DNA of 64,000 nt, from the NCBI GenBank assembly GCA_951812955.1, contig OX638340.1:2912001-2976000 (forward strand). Reading direction: 5' to 3'. Position numbers and translations under genes: made by a program. The stretch's first letter is position 1. The number at the start of each line of letters is the position of its first letter. This stretch comes from an uncultured Gemmatimonadota bacterium. Its GTDB lineage: Bacteria; JAAXHH01. This document shows positions 37,013-45,758 of the stretch, one piece after another. The notes beneath the pieces are model-generated. The model saw only the letters and a list, made by a program, of their open reading frames with translations, did no database searches and was not told the DNA's origin.

Positions 37013-38260
37013 TTATTCCCACGAATCAAGGTACTCCTTCTGATCCGATGTCATCTTGTCACACGACAAGCCCATGCTTTCGAGTTTCATACCCGCGATA
37101 TCCCTGTCAATTTCTTCGGGAAGCACGTGAATACCCGGGGTCAGATCCTCGTGGCGTTTTACCAGGAACTCGGCGGCAAGCGCCTGGTTGGCGAAGGAAA
37201 GGTCCATCACGGCCGCCGGATGTCCCTCGCCCGCAACGAGATTGACCAAGCGTCCCTCTCCGAGAACGTGCAGTCTCCGGTTGTTTTCGAGCGTGTACTC
37301 CTCGACAAAAGGCCTTGCGGGACGTCGTGCTACCGCCAACTCGTCAAGTGCTTCCAGGTCGATCTCCACGTCGAAATGACCGGCGTTGGCCAGTACCGCG
37401 CCATCTTTCATGGCGGCCAGGTGGTCGCGGTTCACGACGCTTCGATTACCCGTCACGGTAATGAACAGGTCGCCCACTACGGCTGCTTCTTCCATCGGCA
37501 TGACGCGATATCCTTCCATGGCCGCTTCCAGCGCCGGAACGGGATCCACTTCCGTAATGACAACATGCCCACCCAGGCCCCGCACCCGCGAAGCCACGCC
37601 GCGGCCGCACCAGCCGTACCCGCACACCACAACGGTTTTGCCTGCAATCAGAAGGTTTGTTGCCCGTATGACACCGTCCAGCGCGCTCTGTCCCGTTCCA
37701 AAGCGGTTGTCGAACAGGTGCTTGGTTCTTGAATCGTTGACCGCAATCACCGGAAAGGTCAACGCTCCTTCGCGCGCCATGCTTCGCAATCGGCTTATTC
37801 CCGTCGTGGTCTCTTCCGTTCCTCCAATAACCCGTTCCAAGTGCTGTCGGTGACTAAGGTGTGCGGTCGTTACCAGGTCCGCCCCGTCGTCGAGCAGTAT
37901 ATCCGGTTTCGCCTCCAGCACGGTGTGCAGGTGTCTTCTGAAGGTGTCGGCGTCTTCACCCCTTTTTGCGAAAACTGGAATCTCGTGGTGCACGACCAGA
38001 CTGGCCGCTACATCGTCCTGGGTGCTCAGGGGATTGGAAGCGCATACGATCGGTTCCGCTCCACCCGCCTTTATCGCGGTGACCAGATTCGCCGTCTTGG
38101 TCGATATGTGCAGGCACACGCCTATACGCAGGTCTTCGAAAGGCTTTTCATGACAAAAACGGTCTTTAATGGACTGCAACACCGGCATCTGCCGGGCATC
38201 CCACTCCATTCGCGTTGCGCCGGCTTCAGCAAGATTCGGATCGCGGATATCAGGTTTCAT
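37013..38260 (-). CDS. ahcY: Adenosylhomocysteinase (S-adenosyl-L-homocysteine hydrolase), short ~415-aa type
   Basis: Blocks seen are EWDARQMPVL, the CLHISTKTANL-type block, SNPLSTQDDVAA, the NAD-binding VVCGYGWCGRG, and GHFDVEID. Confidence 0.95.
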   Translation of the reverse strand: MKPDIRDPNLAEAGATRMEWDARQMPVLQSIKDRFCHEKPFEDLRIGVCLHISTKTANLVTAIKAGGAEPIVCASNPLSTQDDVAASLVVHHEIPVFAKRGEDADTFRRHLHTVLEAKPDILLDDGADLVTTAHLSHRQHLERVIGGTEETTTGISRLRSMAREGALTFPVIAVNDSRTKHLFDNRFGTGQSALDGVIRATNLLIAGKTVVVCGYGWCGRGVASRVRGLGGHVVITEVDPVPALEAAMEGYRVMPMEEAAVVGDLFITVTGNRSVVNRDHLAAMKDGAVLANAGHFDVEIDLEALDELAVARRPARPFVEEYTLENNRRLHVLGEGRLVNLVAGEGHPAAVMDLSFANQALAAEFLVKRHEDLTPGIHVLPEEIDRDIAGMKLESMGLSCDKMTSDQKEYLDSWE

Positions 38261-38478
38261 GTTTTGGTTTCGTTATGGGTTGGTCAGCGATTGCCGCCGC
38301 ACGCAACCGCACCCACAAATCATGAAGTCGAGCGTATGGAAAAGTGTTACAACGGTTTAGGGAATATATGACTTCTGTTTTGAAACGCGTCAAGGTATAT
38401 GCAGCGGGTTGTAACGCTGGACCAGTTCCGCTCGGTGAATCAGAGATGCACACGCTTAAATGAATACCTTATATGATC

Positions 38479-38508
38479 TTGACATCCCCGGGCTGCGACG
38501 ACTAACAT
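38479..38508 (+). promoter_or_regulatory. Candidate sigma70-type promoter for the MATE gene
   Basis: TTGACA (38479-38484), an 18-nt spacer, then TAACAT (38503-38508). Confidence 0.35.
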
Positions 38509-38594
38509 GGTGGGGCAAATGCTCAGGTTAAATTACTGATTTTCCGGGTCTTACACTGACCGCTCTTCCAGCCCTCCGATAGTTCGGACACCCC

Positions 38595-39938
38595 ATGCTC
38601 GACCTCTCCAGAAAACGCATCAACCGCACCATCCTAACCCTTGCGTGGCCGGCCATTCTGGAAAACCTGATGCACACGTCGGTCTATATCGTCGACAGCA
38701 TCTTCATCGGCTCCCTGGGCACGCTGGCCTTCGCCGCCGTCGGCCAGAGTTCCATGATCCTCTTTACCGTGGTTTTCGTGTTCTACGGGGTCGGGGTGGC
38801 CACGGGCGCCGTCGTGGCGAGGAACCTGGGCCGCAACGACAAGAAGACCGCCGCCGAAGCCGCCGGGCAGGGGATCATTCTGGGCACGACCATCGGGCTC
38901 ATGGTGGCATCGCTGGGGTTGATGTTCGGCGAGGACCTGATGGTGTTTCTGGGGACCGAGCCCGACGTCGTTGCGCGGGCCCAGGAGTACATGCCCATCG
39001 TCTTCGCCTTCAGCGTGCTGAGATTGTTCATCTACACCAGCAGCGGCATCCTGCGGGCGGCCGGCGACACCAAGACGCCCATGTGGATCACGGGCATCAT
39101 GAACATATACAACATTCTCGCAGACTGGGTGCTGATCTTCGGAATCGGACCCTTCCCGGAACTGGGCATTACCGGCGCGGCCCTGGCTACGGGTACGGCC
39201 TATGCGCTGGGCGCCGCTTTGCTGGTATTCAAGCTGTTTCGCCGTCACGCGAAATTCAGGCTGCAGGGCAGCGACCTGGGGCGGATCAGACCGGATCAAA
39301 TGCGGACCATCTTTCGGATCGCCGTACCGAATCTCGGGGAACAGATGGTCATGCAAAGCGCTTATTTCTCGTTCATGTGGATCGTGACCAGCCTGGGCAC
39401 GACGGCCCTGACCGCGCATTTCATGACCATACGGGTGGAGATGGTGTCCTTCATGCCCGTATTCGGGCTTTCCATGGCCGTGGCCACCGTGGTCGGTCAA
39501 AGCCTGGGGGCGGAACGCCCGGAGATCGCGGAGCTCGCCGTGAAGAAAGCCGCTCGAATCGGCCTGCTCGCCATGAGTGCGCTCGGTCTCGTCTTCGTCG
39601 CCGTACCCGGTCTGCTCGTAGGTATCTACAGTCCGTCGCCGGAAGTGTATGAACTGGCCGTGCTCTGCGTGCGTATCGCCGCCCTCGAATTGCCGACATC
39701 GGCCCTGCTGATGATCTACACCGGCGCCATGCGAGGCGCGGGAGACACCGTGAGCCCCATGCTGATCAGCATCTTCGGGGCGATCTTCCTGCGGATCGGC
39801 ATGATGTACGTGTTGGTGATCGAGCTGGGATTGGGATTGCCGGGGGTATGGTACGGTACGGCGCTTGACTGGGGCATCCGCCTGGTGATCGCCTGGTTCC
39901 TTTTCCGTAGGGGACGCTGGAAAAGGATCGCGATCTAG
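38595..39938 (+). CDS. MATE-family efflux transporter
   Basis: The protein appears to have about 12 TM segments. Family-typical blocks are LAWPAILENL, ARNLGRND, RAAGDTKTPMW and MRGAGDTVSPM, the duplicated MATE half-motifs. Confidence 0.85.
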   Translation: MLDLSRKRINRTILTLAWPAILENLMHTSVYIVDSIFIGSLGTLAFAAVGQSSMILFTVVFVFYGVGVATGAVVARNLGRNDKKTAAEAAGQGIILGTTIGLMVASLGLMFGEDLMVFLGTEPDVVARAQEYMPIVFAFSVLRLFIYTSSGILRAAGDTKTPMWITGIMNIYNILADWVLIFGIGPFPELGITGAALATGTAYALGAALLVFKLFRRHAKFRLQGSDLGRIRPDQMRTIFRIAVPNLGEQMVMQSAYFSFMWIVTSLGTTALTAHFMTIRVEMVSFMPVFGLSMAVATVVGQSLGAERPEIAELAVKKAARIGLLAMSALGLVFVAVPGLLVGIYSPSPEVYELAVLCVRIAALELPTSALLMIYTGAMRGAGDTVSPMLISIFGAIFLRIGMMYVLVIELGLGLPGVWYGTALDWGIRLVIAWFLFRRGRWKRIAI

Positions 39939-39964
39939 TGGGCAGATCCCTGCCCGTATACGGT

Positions 39965-40041
39965 TTGACAGCGAGCAAGCGGGCGACTACCATTAGATGC
40001 CCGCTTGCCTGTCAACTAGATGTCCGATTGCCTGTCGACGC
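39965..40041. repeat. Intergenic hairpin plus a 23-bp direct repeat between the MATE gene and dtd
   Basis: The inverted repeat is TTGACAG-CGA-GCAAGCGGGC (39965-39984) against GCCCGCTTGC-CTGTCAA (39999-40015), giving 17 bp of pairing with a 3-nt bulge. The direct repeats are GATGCCCGCTTGCCTGTCAACTA (39996-40018) and GATGTCCGATTGCCTGTCGACGC (40019-40041). Confidence 0.5.
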
Positions 40042-40068
40042 ATGGCGTTTCCGGGAGATTCGTATCAA

Positions 40069-40512
40069 ATGAGAGTCGTATTACAGCGCGTCTCGAGCGC
40101 TTCGGTCACGATCGATGGCGCCGTAACCGGAGAAATCGGTCCCGGTCTCGTGCTGCTCCTCGGCATTGCCAGGGATGATGGGCCGGAGGACGTGGAGTAC
40201 GTCGTAAGCAAGTGTGTCGGACTGAGGATCTTCGGAGACGATCAGGGAAAGATGAATCGATCCCTGTTAGACGCGGGGGGCGAGGTACTGGCGATTTCGC
40301 AGTTTACTTTGTTCGGTGATACCCGCAAGGGTCGCAGGCCCAGTTTCGATGGCGCCGCGCCTCCGGAACACGCCGAACCGCTGTACGAACTGGCCGTTGA
40401 ACGCCTCAGGGAACATGGCCTACGGGTCGCTACCGGCCGTTTCGGCGCCTACATGGAAGTGTCGCTGGTCAACGACGGACCCGTGACCTTAACCGTCGAG
40501 TCCCGCCGATGA
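40069..40512 (+). CDS. dtd: D-aminoacyl-tRNA deacylase
   Basis: MRVVLQRV opens the protein, followed by the [17 protein letters not shown] and NDGPVTL motifs. I chose the start at the internal ATG of the track ORF. Confidence 0.9.
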   Translation: MRVVLQRVSSASVTIDGAVTGEIGPGLVLLLGIARDDGPEDVEYVVSKCVGLRIFGDDQGKMNRSLLDAGGEVLAISQFTLFGDTRKGRRPSFDGAAPPEHAEPLYELAVERLREHGLRVATGRFGAYMEVSLVNDGPVTLTVESRR

Positions 40513-41108
40513 AGCAGATCGTCCTGGCCTCCTCCTCACCCAGGCGGTCCGCCCTGCTCAGGCAGATTGGGATGACTTTCGAAGTGGTGCCGCCGGATGT
40601 CGACGAATCCCGGTTTTCCTTTGACGACGACCCTCCTGGCACGGTGGAAAGACTTGCCCTGGAGAAGGCTCGCAGCACGGCCCGCAGGGTCGACGCCCGT
40701 GGCCGCCTGGTGCTTGGCGCGGACACGGTGGTCCTATTCGAAGGCCAGGTGCTCGGAAAGCCGGTGGACGCGGATGATGCGTTCAGCATGCTGGGCAGGC
40801 TGACCGGCCGCACCCACCGGGTCCTGACCGGGTTTGCCCTGCTCGAGCCCGAAACGACGCGTTCCGTGACGGCGCACGAGTGGACGACCGTCTACATGCG
40901 TGACTGCACCCACCAGGATATTCGCGCATACGTGGATACCGGCGAGCCCCTGGACAAAGCGGGTTCCTATGGCGCCAACGCGCTGGGCGCCGGACTGATT
41001 ACCCGGGTCGAAGGCTGTTTCTATAACGTGATCGGCCTTCCCCTTTCCCGGCTGCTGATTGCGCTTGAAACCTTCGACGGCGCCGCGGCCGGCCGAAGGA
41101 CGGAATAA
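40509..41108 (+). CDS. maf: Maf-family nucleoside-triphosphate pyrophosphatase
   Basis: The blocks are [20 protein letters not shown] and NVIGLP. The start overlaps the dtd stop (ATGA). Confidence 0.9.
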   Translation: MKQIVLASSSPRRSALLRQIGMTFEVVPPDVDESRFSFDDDPPGTVERLALEKARSTARRVDARGRLVLGADTVVLFEGQVLGKPVDADDAFSMLGRLTGRTHRVLTGFALLEPETTRSVTAHEWTTVYMRDCTHQDIRAYVDTGEPLDKAGSYGANALGAGLITRVEGCFYNVIGLPLSRLLIALETFDGAAAGRRTE

Positions 41109-41116
41109 CCTCGCCC

Positions 41117-41635
41117 ATGGCCGATTTCCGAGGACATGTATGGGGAGGCCTGGTAGCCACGCTCCTTTCTCTGGCGCTCTGTGTCGCCGGACTGTGGTGG
41201 ACGGAACTTCTCGGTCCCTACCTGACCCTGGAAGTTTGGCCCAGGGTGCTTCTGCTGCTTTCGATCGGATTGTTGTCGGCCTGTTTTCCGGACGTGGATA
41301 CCGAGAGCAAATCGCAGCGGCTGTTCTACCGTCTGTTGATTCTGCTCGATATCTGGTTTATCTTGATCGGGGACTACCGGACAGCGGCCCTGCTGGGTCT
41401 CGGCGCCATGCTTCCGCTGCTCGGCAAGCACAGGGGGTGGACCCATACCTGGCTGGCCATGTTGCTGGTGCCCGCGCTGTTCCTGCTCGTCCCCATGTAT
41501 CTGAGAGGAACTGTTGAGTCCTTTCCGATAGTCTGTTACGTTGTATCGGTTTCGGCCTATGCCAGCCACCTGGTGCTCGATGGATATATCGAACACACGG
41601 GCAGGCGTATCCGCCGCCTGGTCGGGGCAAACTGA
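41117..41635 (+). CDS. Membrane-bound metal-dependent hydrolase (YdjM/DUF457-like)
   Basis: It is a multi-TM protein with FPDVD and HRGWTHTW motifs and a C-terminal SHLVLDG. Confidence 0.55.
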   Translation: MADFRGHVWGGLVATLLSLALCVAGLWWTELLGPYLTLEVWPRVLLLLSIGLLSACFPDVDTESKSQRLFYRLLILLDIWFILIGDYRTAALLGLGAMLPLLGKHRGWTHTWLAMLLVPALFLLVPMYLRGTVESFPIVCYVVSVSAYASHLVLDGYIEHTGRRIRRLVGAN

Positions 41636-41664
41636 ACTGCGGTTGAAGTCATCCTGGAGGAATC

Positions 41665-41958
41665 ATGAAAAGCGCACTGGAAATCGCCATGGAAAAGACC
41701 GCCGGCGCACAGGAAGGCGGCAAGTTGACGGACGAGCAACGTACCGGGATCGCCGACCTGGAAAAGGAATACCAGGCCAAGATCGCGGAACAGGAGATCA
41801 TGAACGAATCGAAAATCAAGGCGTTGGCGGTTCAGACGCAGGGTCCCGAGTTTCAGGAGCAGGTACACGCCCTGCGGGAACAGTTGGTCCAGGAGCGGGA
41901 ACGTCTGGAAGAGGAAAAGAAGGCGAAAATACAGGCGGTTCGCGACCAGGCCTCCTAG
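41665..41958 (+). CDS. Hypothetical charged coiled-coil protein
   Basis: A strong RBS (GGAGG) lies 5 nt upstream. The composition is Glu/Lys/Gln-rich and heptad-like. I recognise no family. The antisense track ORF 41557..42303 is rejected. Confidence 0.5.
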   Translation: MKSALEIAMEKTAGAQEGGKLTDEQRTGIADLEKEYQAKIAEQEIMNESKIKALAVQTQGPEFQEQVHALREQLVQERERLEEEKKAKIQAVRDQAS

Positions 41959-42018
41959 GATTACCTCTCCCGGTACCGGGTGTTCTACGCACTCAACATG
42001 CGCATCGGAGAATTTGAC

Positions 42019-43011
42019 ATGGCAAAAAAGCGTTTGCGCATCGCCTTGATCGGATGCGGAGGCAATATGCGGGGCGCCCACGTGCCGCGCATCCAGGCCG
42101 ACGGCGGCGTCGAGCTTGCCGCGGTCGCGGATACTTCGGAAGAAGCCGCCCTGGCATTGCTGGACAGGTGGGGCAGCCCGGTGCCCTGCTACGCCGATTA
42201 CCGGGAGATGATCCAGGATCAAAAAATCGACGCGGTGATGGTCAGTTCGCCTCACGCCTTGCATTACGAGCAGGTGGACTACGCCCTGGATCAGAATCTG
42301 CACGCCCTCGTCGAGAAGCCGCTCACCATTTCATCGCGGCATACGCGCGCTCTAATCAAGAAAGCGAAGGAAGAGAACCGGATTCTCATGGTCAGCTACC
42401 AGCGCAATTTCATGGCGCCGCATGCCTACGCACGGGAGTTGATTCGAAAGGGCACGATCGGCGAAGTGCGCGGCGTCGTAGCCTACGTCACGCAGAACTG
42501 GGGCGGTACCCGCGGATGGAGACTGGACCCGGCCCTGTCCGGCGGCGGCATGTTTCTCGATACGGGCAGTCATCTCGTGGCTTCCACGCTGTGGATTACG
42601 GATCTCAAACCTCTTGAGGTGAGCGCTTTCCTGGATCTGGCGGGCAGGGACGTGGATATCAACATGGTCGTGGCGGTTCGGTTCGAGGGCGGCGCGTACG
42701 GCACGCTGAACACCTTTGGAAACGCTTCCCGGCATGACGAACGCATCGCGATCCATGGCAGCGAAGGCAGCCTGGTGTTCCACCTGCACCAGTGGCGCGT
42801 CCAATCGGTGCTCTTGAACGACCAGCCCCTGAGCATACCCAAAAGGATCCGGGAGGATACGCCGGACGCGGCGTTCTTTCGCACGATTCGAAACGGCGGG
42901 AAGGGATATGAACTCCCGCACTTCGCGCTCGCCGTATCCCAGGTCAGCGAGGCGGCATACCGTTCGGTGGAGGAAGGAAAGCCCGCCCAGGTCGCGGGAC
43001 GGACCGCCTGA
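42019..43011 (+). CDS. Gfo/Idh/MocA-family oxidoreductase
   Basis: The blocks are LRIALIGCGGNMRGAH and the EKP motif LVEKPL. Confidence 0.85.
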   Translation: MAKKRLRIALIGCGGNMRGAHVPRIQADGGVELAAVADTSEEAALALLDRWGSPVPCYADYREMIQDQKIDAVMVSSPHALHYEQVDYALDQNLHALVEKPLTISSRHTRALIKKAKEENRILMVSYQRNFMAPHAYARELIRKGTIGEVRGVVAYVTQNWGGTRGWRLDPALSGGGMFLDTGSHLVASTLWITDLKPLEVSAFLDLAGRDVDINMVVAVRFEGGAYGTLNTFGNASRHDERIAIHGSEGSLVFHLHQWRVQSVLLNDQPLSIPKRIREDTPDAAFFRTIRNGGKGYELPHFALAVSQVSEAAYRSVEEGKPAQVAGRTA

Positions 43012-43033
43012 GCAACGGAACCAGGAGAATCCC

Positions 43034-43825
43034 ATGAGCGAAAAGGGACGGTTGGCCGGCAAGAAGGCGGTCGTCACCGGAGCGGGACGTGGCATCGGCC
43101 AGGCCATCGCGCTGAGACTCGCACAGGAAGGCGCCCATGTCGCCGCCGTGGACATCGACCGCGACAGCGCGGAAGCGACGGCCGGCCTGATCCGGGACGG
43201 CGGAGGCGCCGCCGCAGCGTTGACGGTTGACCTGGTCCGCGTCGACCTCATCGAACCCATGATCGAAGAAGCCGTATCGACGTTGGGCAGGCTGGATATC
43301 CTGGTCAACAACGCGGGAAGGGTGGAGATCAAACCGTTTCTCGACGTAACCGAAACGGAATGGGACCAGATCATGGATCTCAATCTGAAAGGGACGTATT
43401 TCTGCATGCAGGCGGGGGCCCGCAGGATGATCCGGCAGGGGGACGGCGGTCGCATCATCAACATGTCCTCCATTTCGGGCAGGCACGGCCGGGCCGATTC
43501 GAGCGTGTACGCAGCCAGCAAGATGGGGATCATCAGCATCACGCAGTCCGCCGCGCTTGCCTTCGCGGATCACGGGATCCTGGTCAACGCACTGTGCCCG
43601 GGCGTCGTGGCCACGCCCATGTGGGACCACATCGACGAGGACCGTGCCCGCCTGTTCGGCTACGAGCGGGGAACGGCCCGTGCGCGGCTCGTGGAGAAGA
43701 TTCCCCTCAAACGAGTCGCCCAGACCGAGGAGATTGCCGCCGCGGCTGTCTTCATCGCTTCCGATGAAAACACGCTGATTACCGGTCAGGCGATTAATGT
43801 AGACGGCGGCATGGAAATGAACTGA
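43034..43825 (+). CDS. SDR-family oxidoreductase
   Basis: The motifs are TGAGRGIG, NNAG, YAASK and a PG block. I chose the start at MSEKGRLAGK. Confidence 0.9.
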   Translation: MSEKGRLAGKKAVVTGAGRGIGQAIALRLAQEGAHVAAVDIDRDSAEATAGLIRDGGGAAAALTVDLVRVDLIEPMIEEAVSTLGRLDILVNNAGRVEIKPFLDVTETEWDQIMDLNLKGTYFCMQAGARRMIRQGDGGRIINMSSISGRHGRADSSVYAASKMGIISITQSAALAFADHGILVNALCPGVVATPMWDHIDEDRARLFGYERGTARARLVEKIPLKRVAQTEEIAAAAVFIASDENTLITGQAINVDGGMEMN

Positions 43826-43878
43826 ATCCACGGGTGGCGCGTTAGAGCAAACCCAGACGCGGCCGTTCGGGATTGACC

Positions 43879-43907
43879 TTGACAGTGCTGAGCGTCCGCC
43901 GTATACT
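43879..43907 (+). promoter_or_regulatory. Near-consensus sigma70-type promoter upstream of kptA
   Basis: TTGACA (43879-43884), a 17-nt spacer, then TATACT (43902-43907). This lies about 70 nt upstream of the ATG. Confidence 0.55.
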
Positions 43908-43976
43908 CGGTAGGTTCCAGATCTAAAGGCTGATCCCACCACTTCGTACTGGCCAGGCACAGGAAAGACACTATCA

Positions 43977-44579
43977 ATGGATCCAATAAGACGCGAGAGA
44001 CTTTCCAAGCTCCTTTCCCTGATACTCCGGCATAAACCCGAAAGATTCTCCATATCCCTCGATGAAAGGGGATTCGCACTGATCGACGACATCGTCGAGG
44101 CCATCCAGGAGAAGTTCGATCATCTGTCGACGGATGAAATCCTTGAGATAGCCGACGGCGCCGAGAAGAGAAGGTTCGAAGTGGACGGGGACCGCATACG
44201 GGCGCGGTACGGACACAGTTTCCCCATCGATCTGGGGCTGCCTCCCGCGGACCCGCCCGAGTTTCTCTACTACGCGACGGTACCCGCGCGGGCCTCGGTC
44301 ATAACCAATGGCGGCCTGTCCCCGAGCGACCGCCAGTATGTCCATCTTTCCCTGTCCGAAGAAATCGCGACGCAGGTAGCCATGAACCAGACGGATTCGC
44401 CGGTTGTTTTCCGCATCAACGCCCGGCAGGCAACCGAGGCCGGCGTGAACTTCTACGATCGCTCGCCAGTCATCCTGACGTCGGGCGTGCCCTCGGAGTT
44501 TATCGACGTGCTGAAGGAAGCGGCGCCTCCTCCCGCCGTATTTGGCCGCCGCAGGCGGAAGGCTCCTCCGCGCAGATAG
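43977..44579 (+). CDS. kptA: RNA 2'-phosphotransferase (Tpt1/KptA family)
   Basis: LSKLLSLILRHKPERF..LDERGF opens the protein. The later blocks RFEVDGDRIRARYGHS and YVHLS follow the family R-H-R-R catalytic pattern. Confidence 0.85.
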   Translation: MDPIRRERLSKLLSLILRHKPERFSISLDERGFALIDDIVEAIQEKFDHLSTDEILEIADGAEKRRFEVDGDRIRARYGHSFPIDLGLPPADPPEFLYYATVPARASVITNGGLSPSDRQYVHLSLSEEIATQVAMNQTDSPVVFRINARQATEAGVNFYDRSPVILTSGVPSEFIDVLKEAAPPPAVFGRRRRKAPPRR

Positions 44580-44580
44580 C

Positions 44581-45696
44581 ATGCGCCGCCTCGTCCTCCC
44601 CTTACTGGGCCTGCTGCTTGCGATTAGCCTGCTATTGTTCGACCTGACCATCCTGTGGTCGGGCCGCACCGCCATACGTCCCGTGATGCAGAAAGGCGTC
44701 GCCCTGGGGGTATTCAAAGCCTCCAAGGGAATGTCCTACTACCAGTCCTCCCTGGAAGACATCGCGGCCCTGGGCGCATCCCACCTTTCCGTACCTGTTT
44801 TCATCCTGCAGGATTCCGTAGATTCCGTCACCCATTTCTCCCGCCCGTCGGACGGCGCCACGCGGGAACAGCACGAACGCGTCGTCCGGGAAGTCATCGA
44901 CTACGCCCACCGGATGGGCTTGAAGGTCCTGCTCACGCCCATCGTCAACCTGGATCGCCCCGGCAAGAATGAATGGCGCGGGACCATAGCTCCGCGAGAC
45001 GTAGACGCATGGTTTGAGAGTTACCGGGGTCAGATCCGTCATTACGCCCTGCTGGCGGCGGAAATGGACGTTGAGTATCTGAGCGTCGGTACCGAACTCG
45101 TATCGACCGAAAGGTTCACCGGGCAGTGGCGGGAGATCATCGCCGAGGTGCGTGGGGTCTTTCCGGGACAACTCACCTATTCCGCGAACTGGGACCGGAT
45201 CGACCAGGTCGCCTTCTGGGACGAACTCGACTACGTGGGGATATCGGCGTACTACGAGTTGTCGGAATCTGAGGACCCCACCGTGGAAGAACTGGTCTCC
45301 GCGTGGAGCCCGGTCAAGGCGGGGTTGTTGCGCTGGCAGGCCCGGTGGAACAAACCCCTGCTGTTCACCGAGATCGGTTACATGAGCCAGTCCGGGGTCG
45401 CCGGCCATCCCTGGAACTATGTGTCGGAGGCCCCCCTCGACCTGGAGGCTCAGCGGATATGCTACGAGGCGCTGCGGCTGGCCTGGGAAGGGGAGGAACG
45501 GTTTGCAGGCCTGTACCTGTGGATATGGGAACCGGACAAACGGGGTGAATTGGACCGGGGTTACAATTTCGCGGGGAAACCCGCGGAAACCGTCGTGCGC
45601 GACTGGTTCCACAGCCTGCCGGACAATGCCAACGTCCTCGATTACGCCGTCAACGGCATGGAGAGGTTTCTGCGTTCCCTGCGAACGGGACTGTGA
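44581..45696 (+). CDS. Secreted TIM-barrel glycoside hydrolase-like protein (GH5/GH113-like clan)
   Basis: An N-terminal signal/TM segment is present. YLSVGTELVS is a candidate acid/base Glu and LLFTEIGY is a candidate nucleophile Glu. The family assignment is tentative. Confidence 0.5.
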   Translation: MRRLVLPLLGLLLAISLLLFDLTILWSGRTAIRPVMQKGVALGVFKASKGMSYYQSSLEDIAALGASHLSVPVFILQDSVDSVTHFSRPSDGATREQHERVVREVIDYAHRMGLKVLLTPIVNLDRPGKNEWRGTIAPRDVDAWFESYRGQIRHYALLAAEMDVEYLSVGTELVSTERFTGQWREIIAEVRGVFPGQLTYSANWDRIDQVAFWDELDYVGISAYYELSESEDPTVEELVSAWSPVKAGLLRWQARWNKPLLFTEIGYMSQSGVAGHPWNYVSEAPLDLEAQRICYEALRLAWEGEERFAGLYLWIWEPDKRGELDRGYNFAGKPAETVVRDWFHSLPDNANVLDYAVNGMERFLRSLRTGL

Positions 45697-45758
45697 GGTA
45701 ACCGGCGCGCGCCGCTCTCGGACCGCCGCTCTCGGGACGCCTGGCCAGCCTGGACCGT

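Noticed and set aside
38261-38400. A possible SAH riboswitch in the ahcY leader. A candidate TTGACG promoter and a 5' region of about 110 nt with the hairpin GCGGUUGC-GUGCGGCG-GCAAUCGC are present.
   Set aside because: I could not find the conserved SAH-riboswitch elements I remember, such as the AGGCUC and CAACGGCGCUCA cores. A covariance-model scan (Rfam SAH_riboswitch) would be the decisive test.
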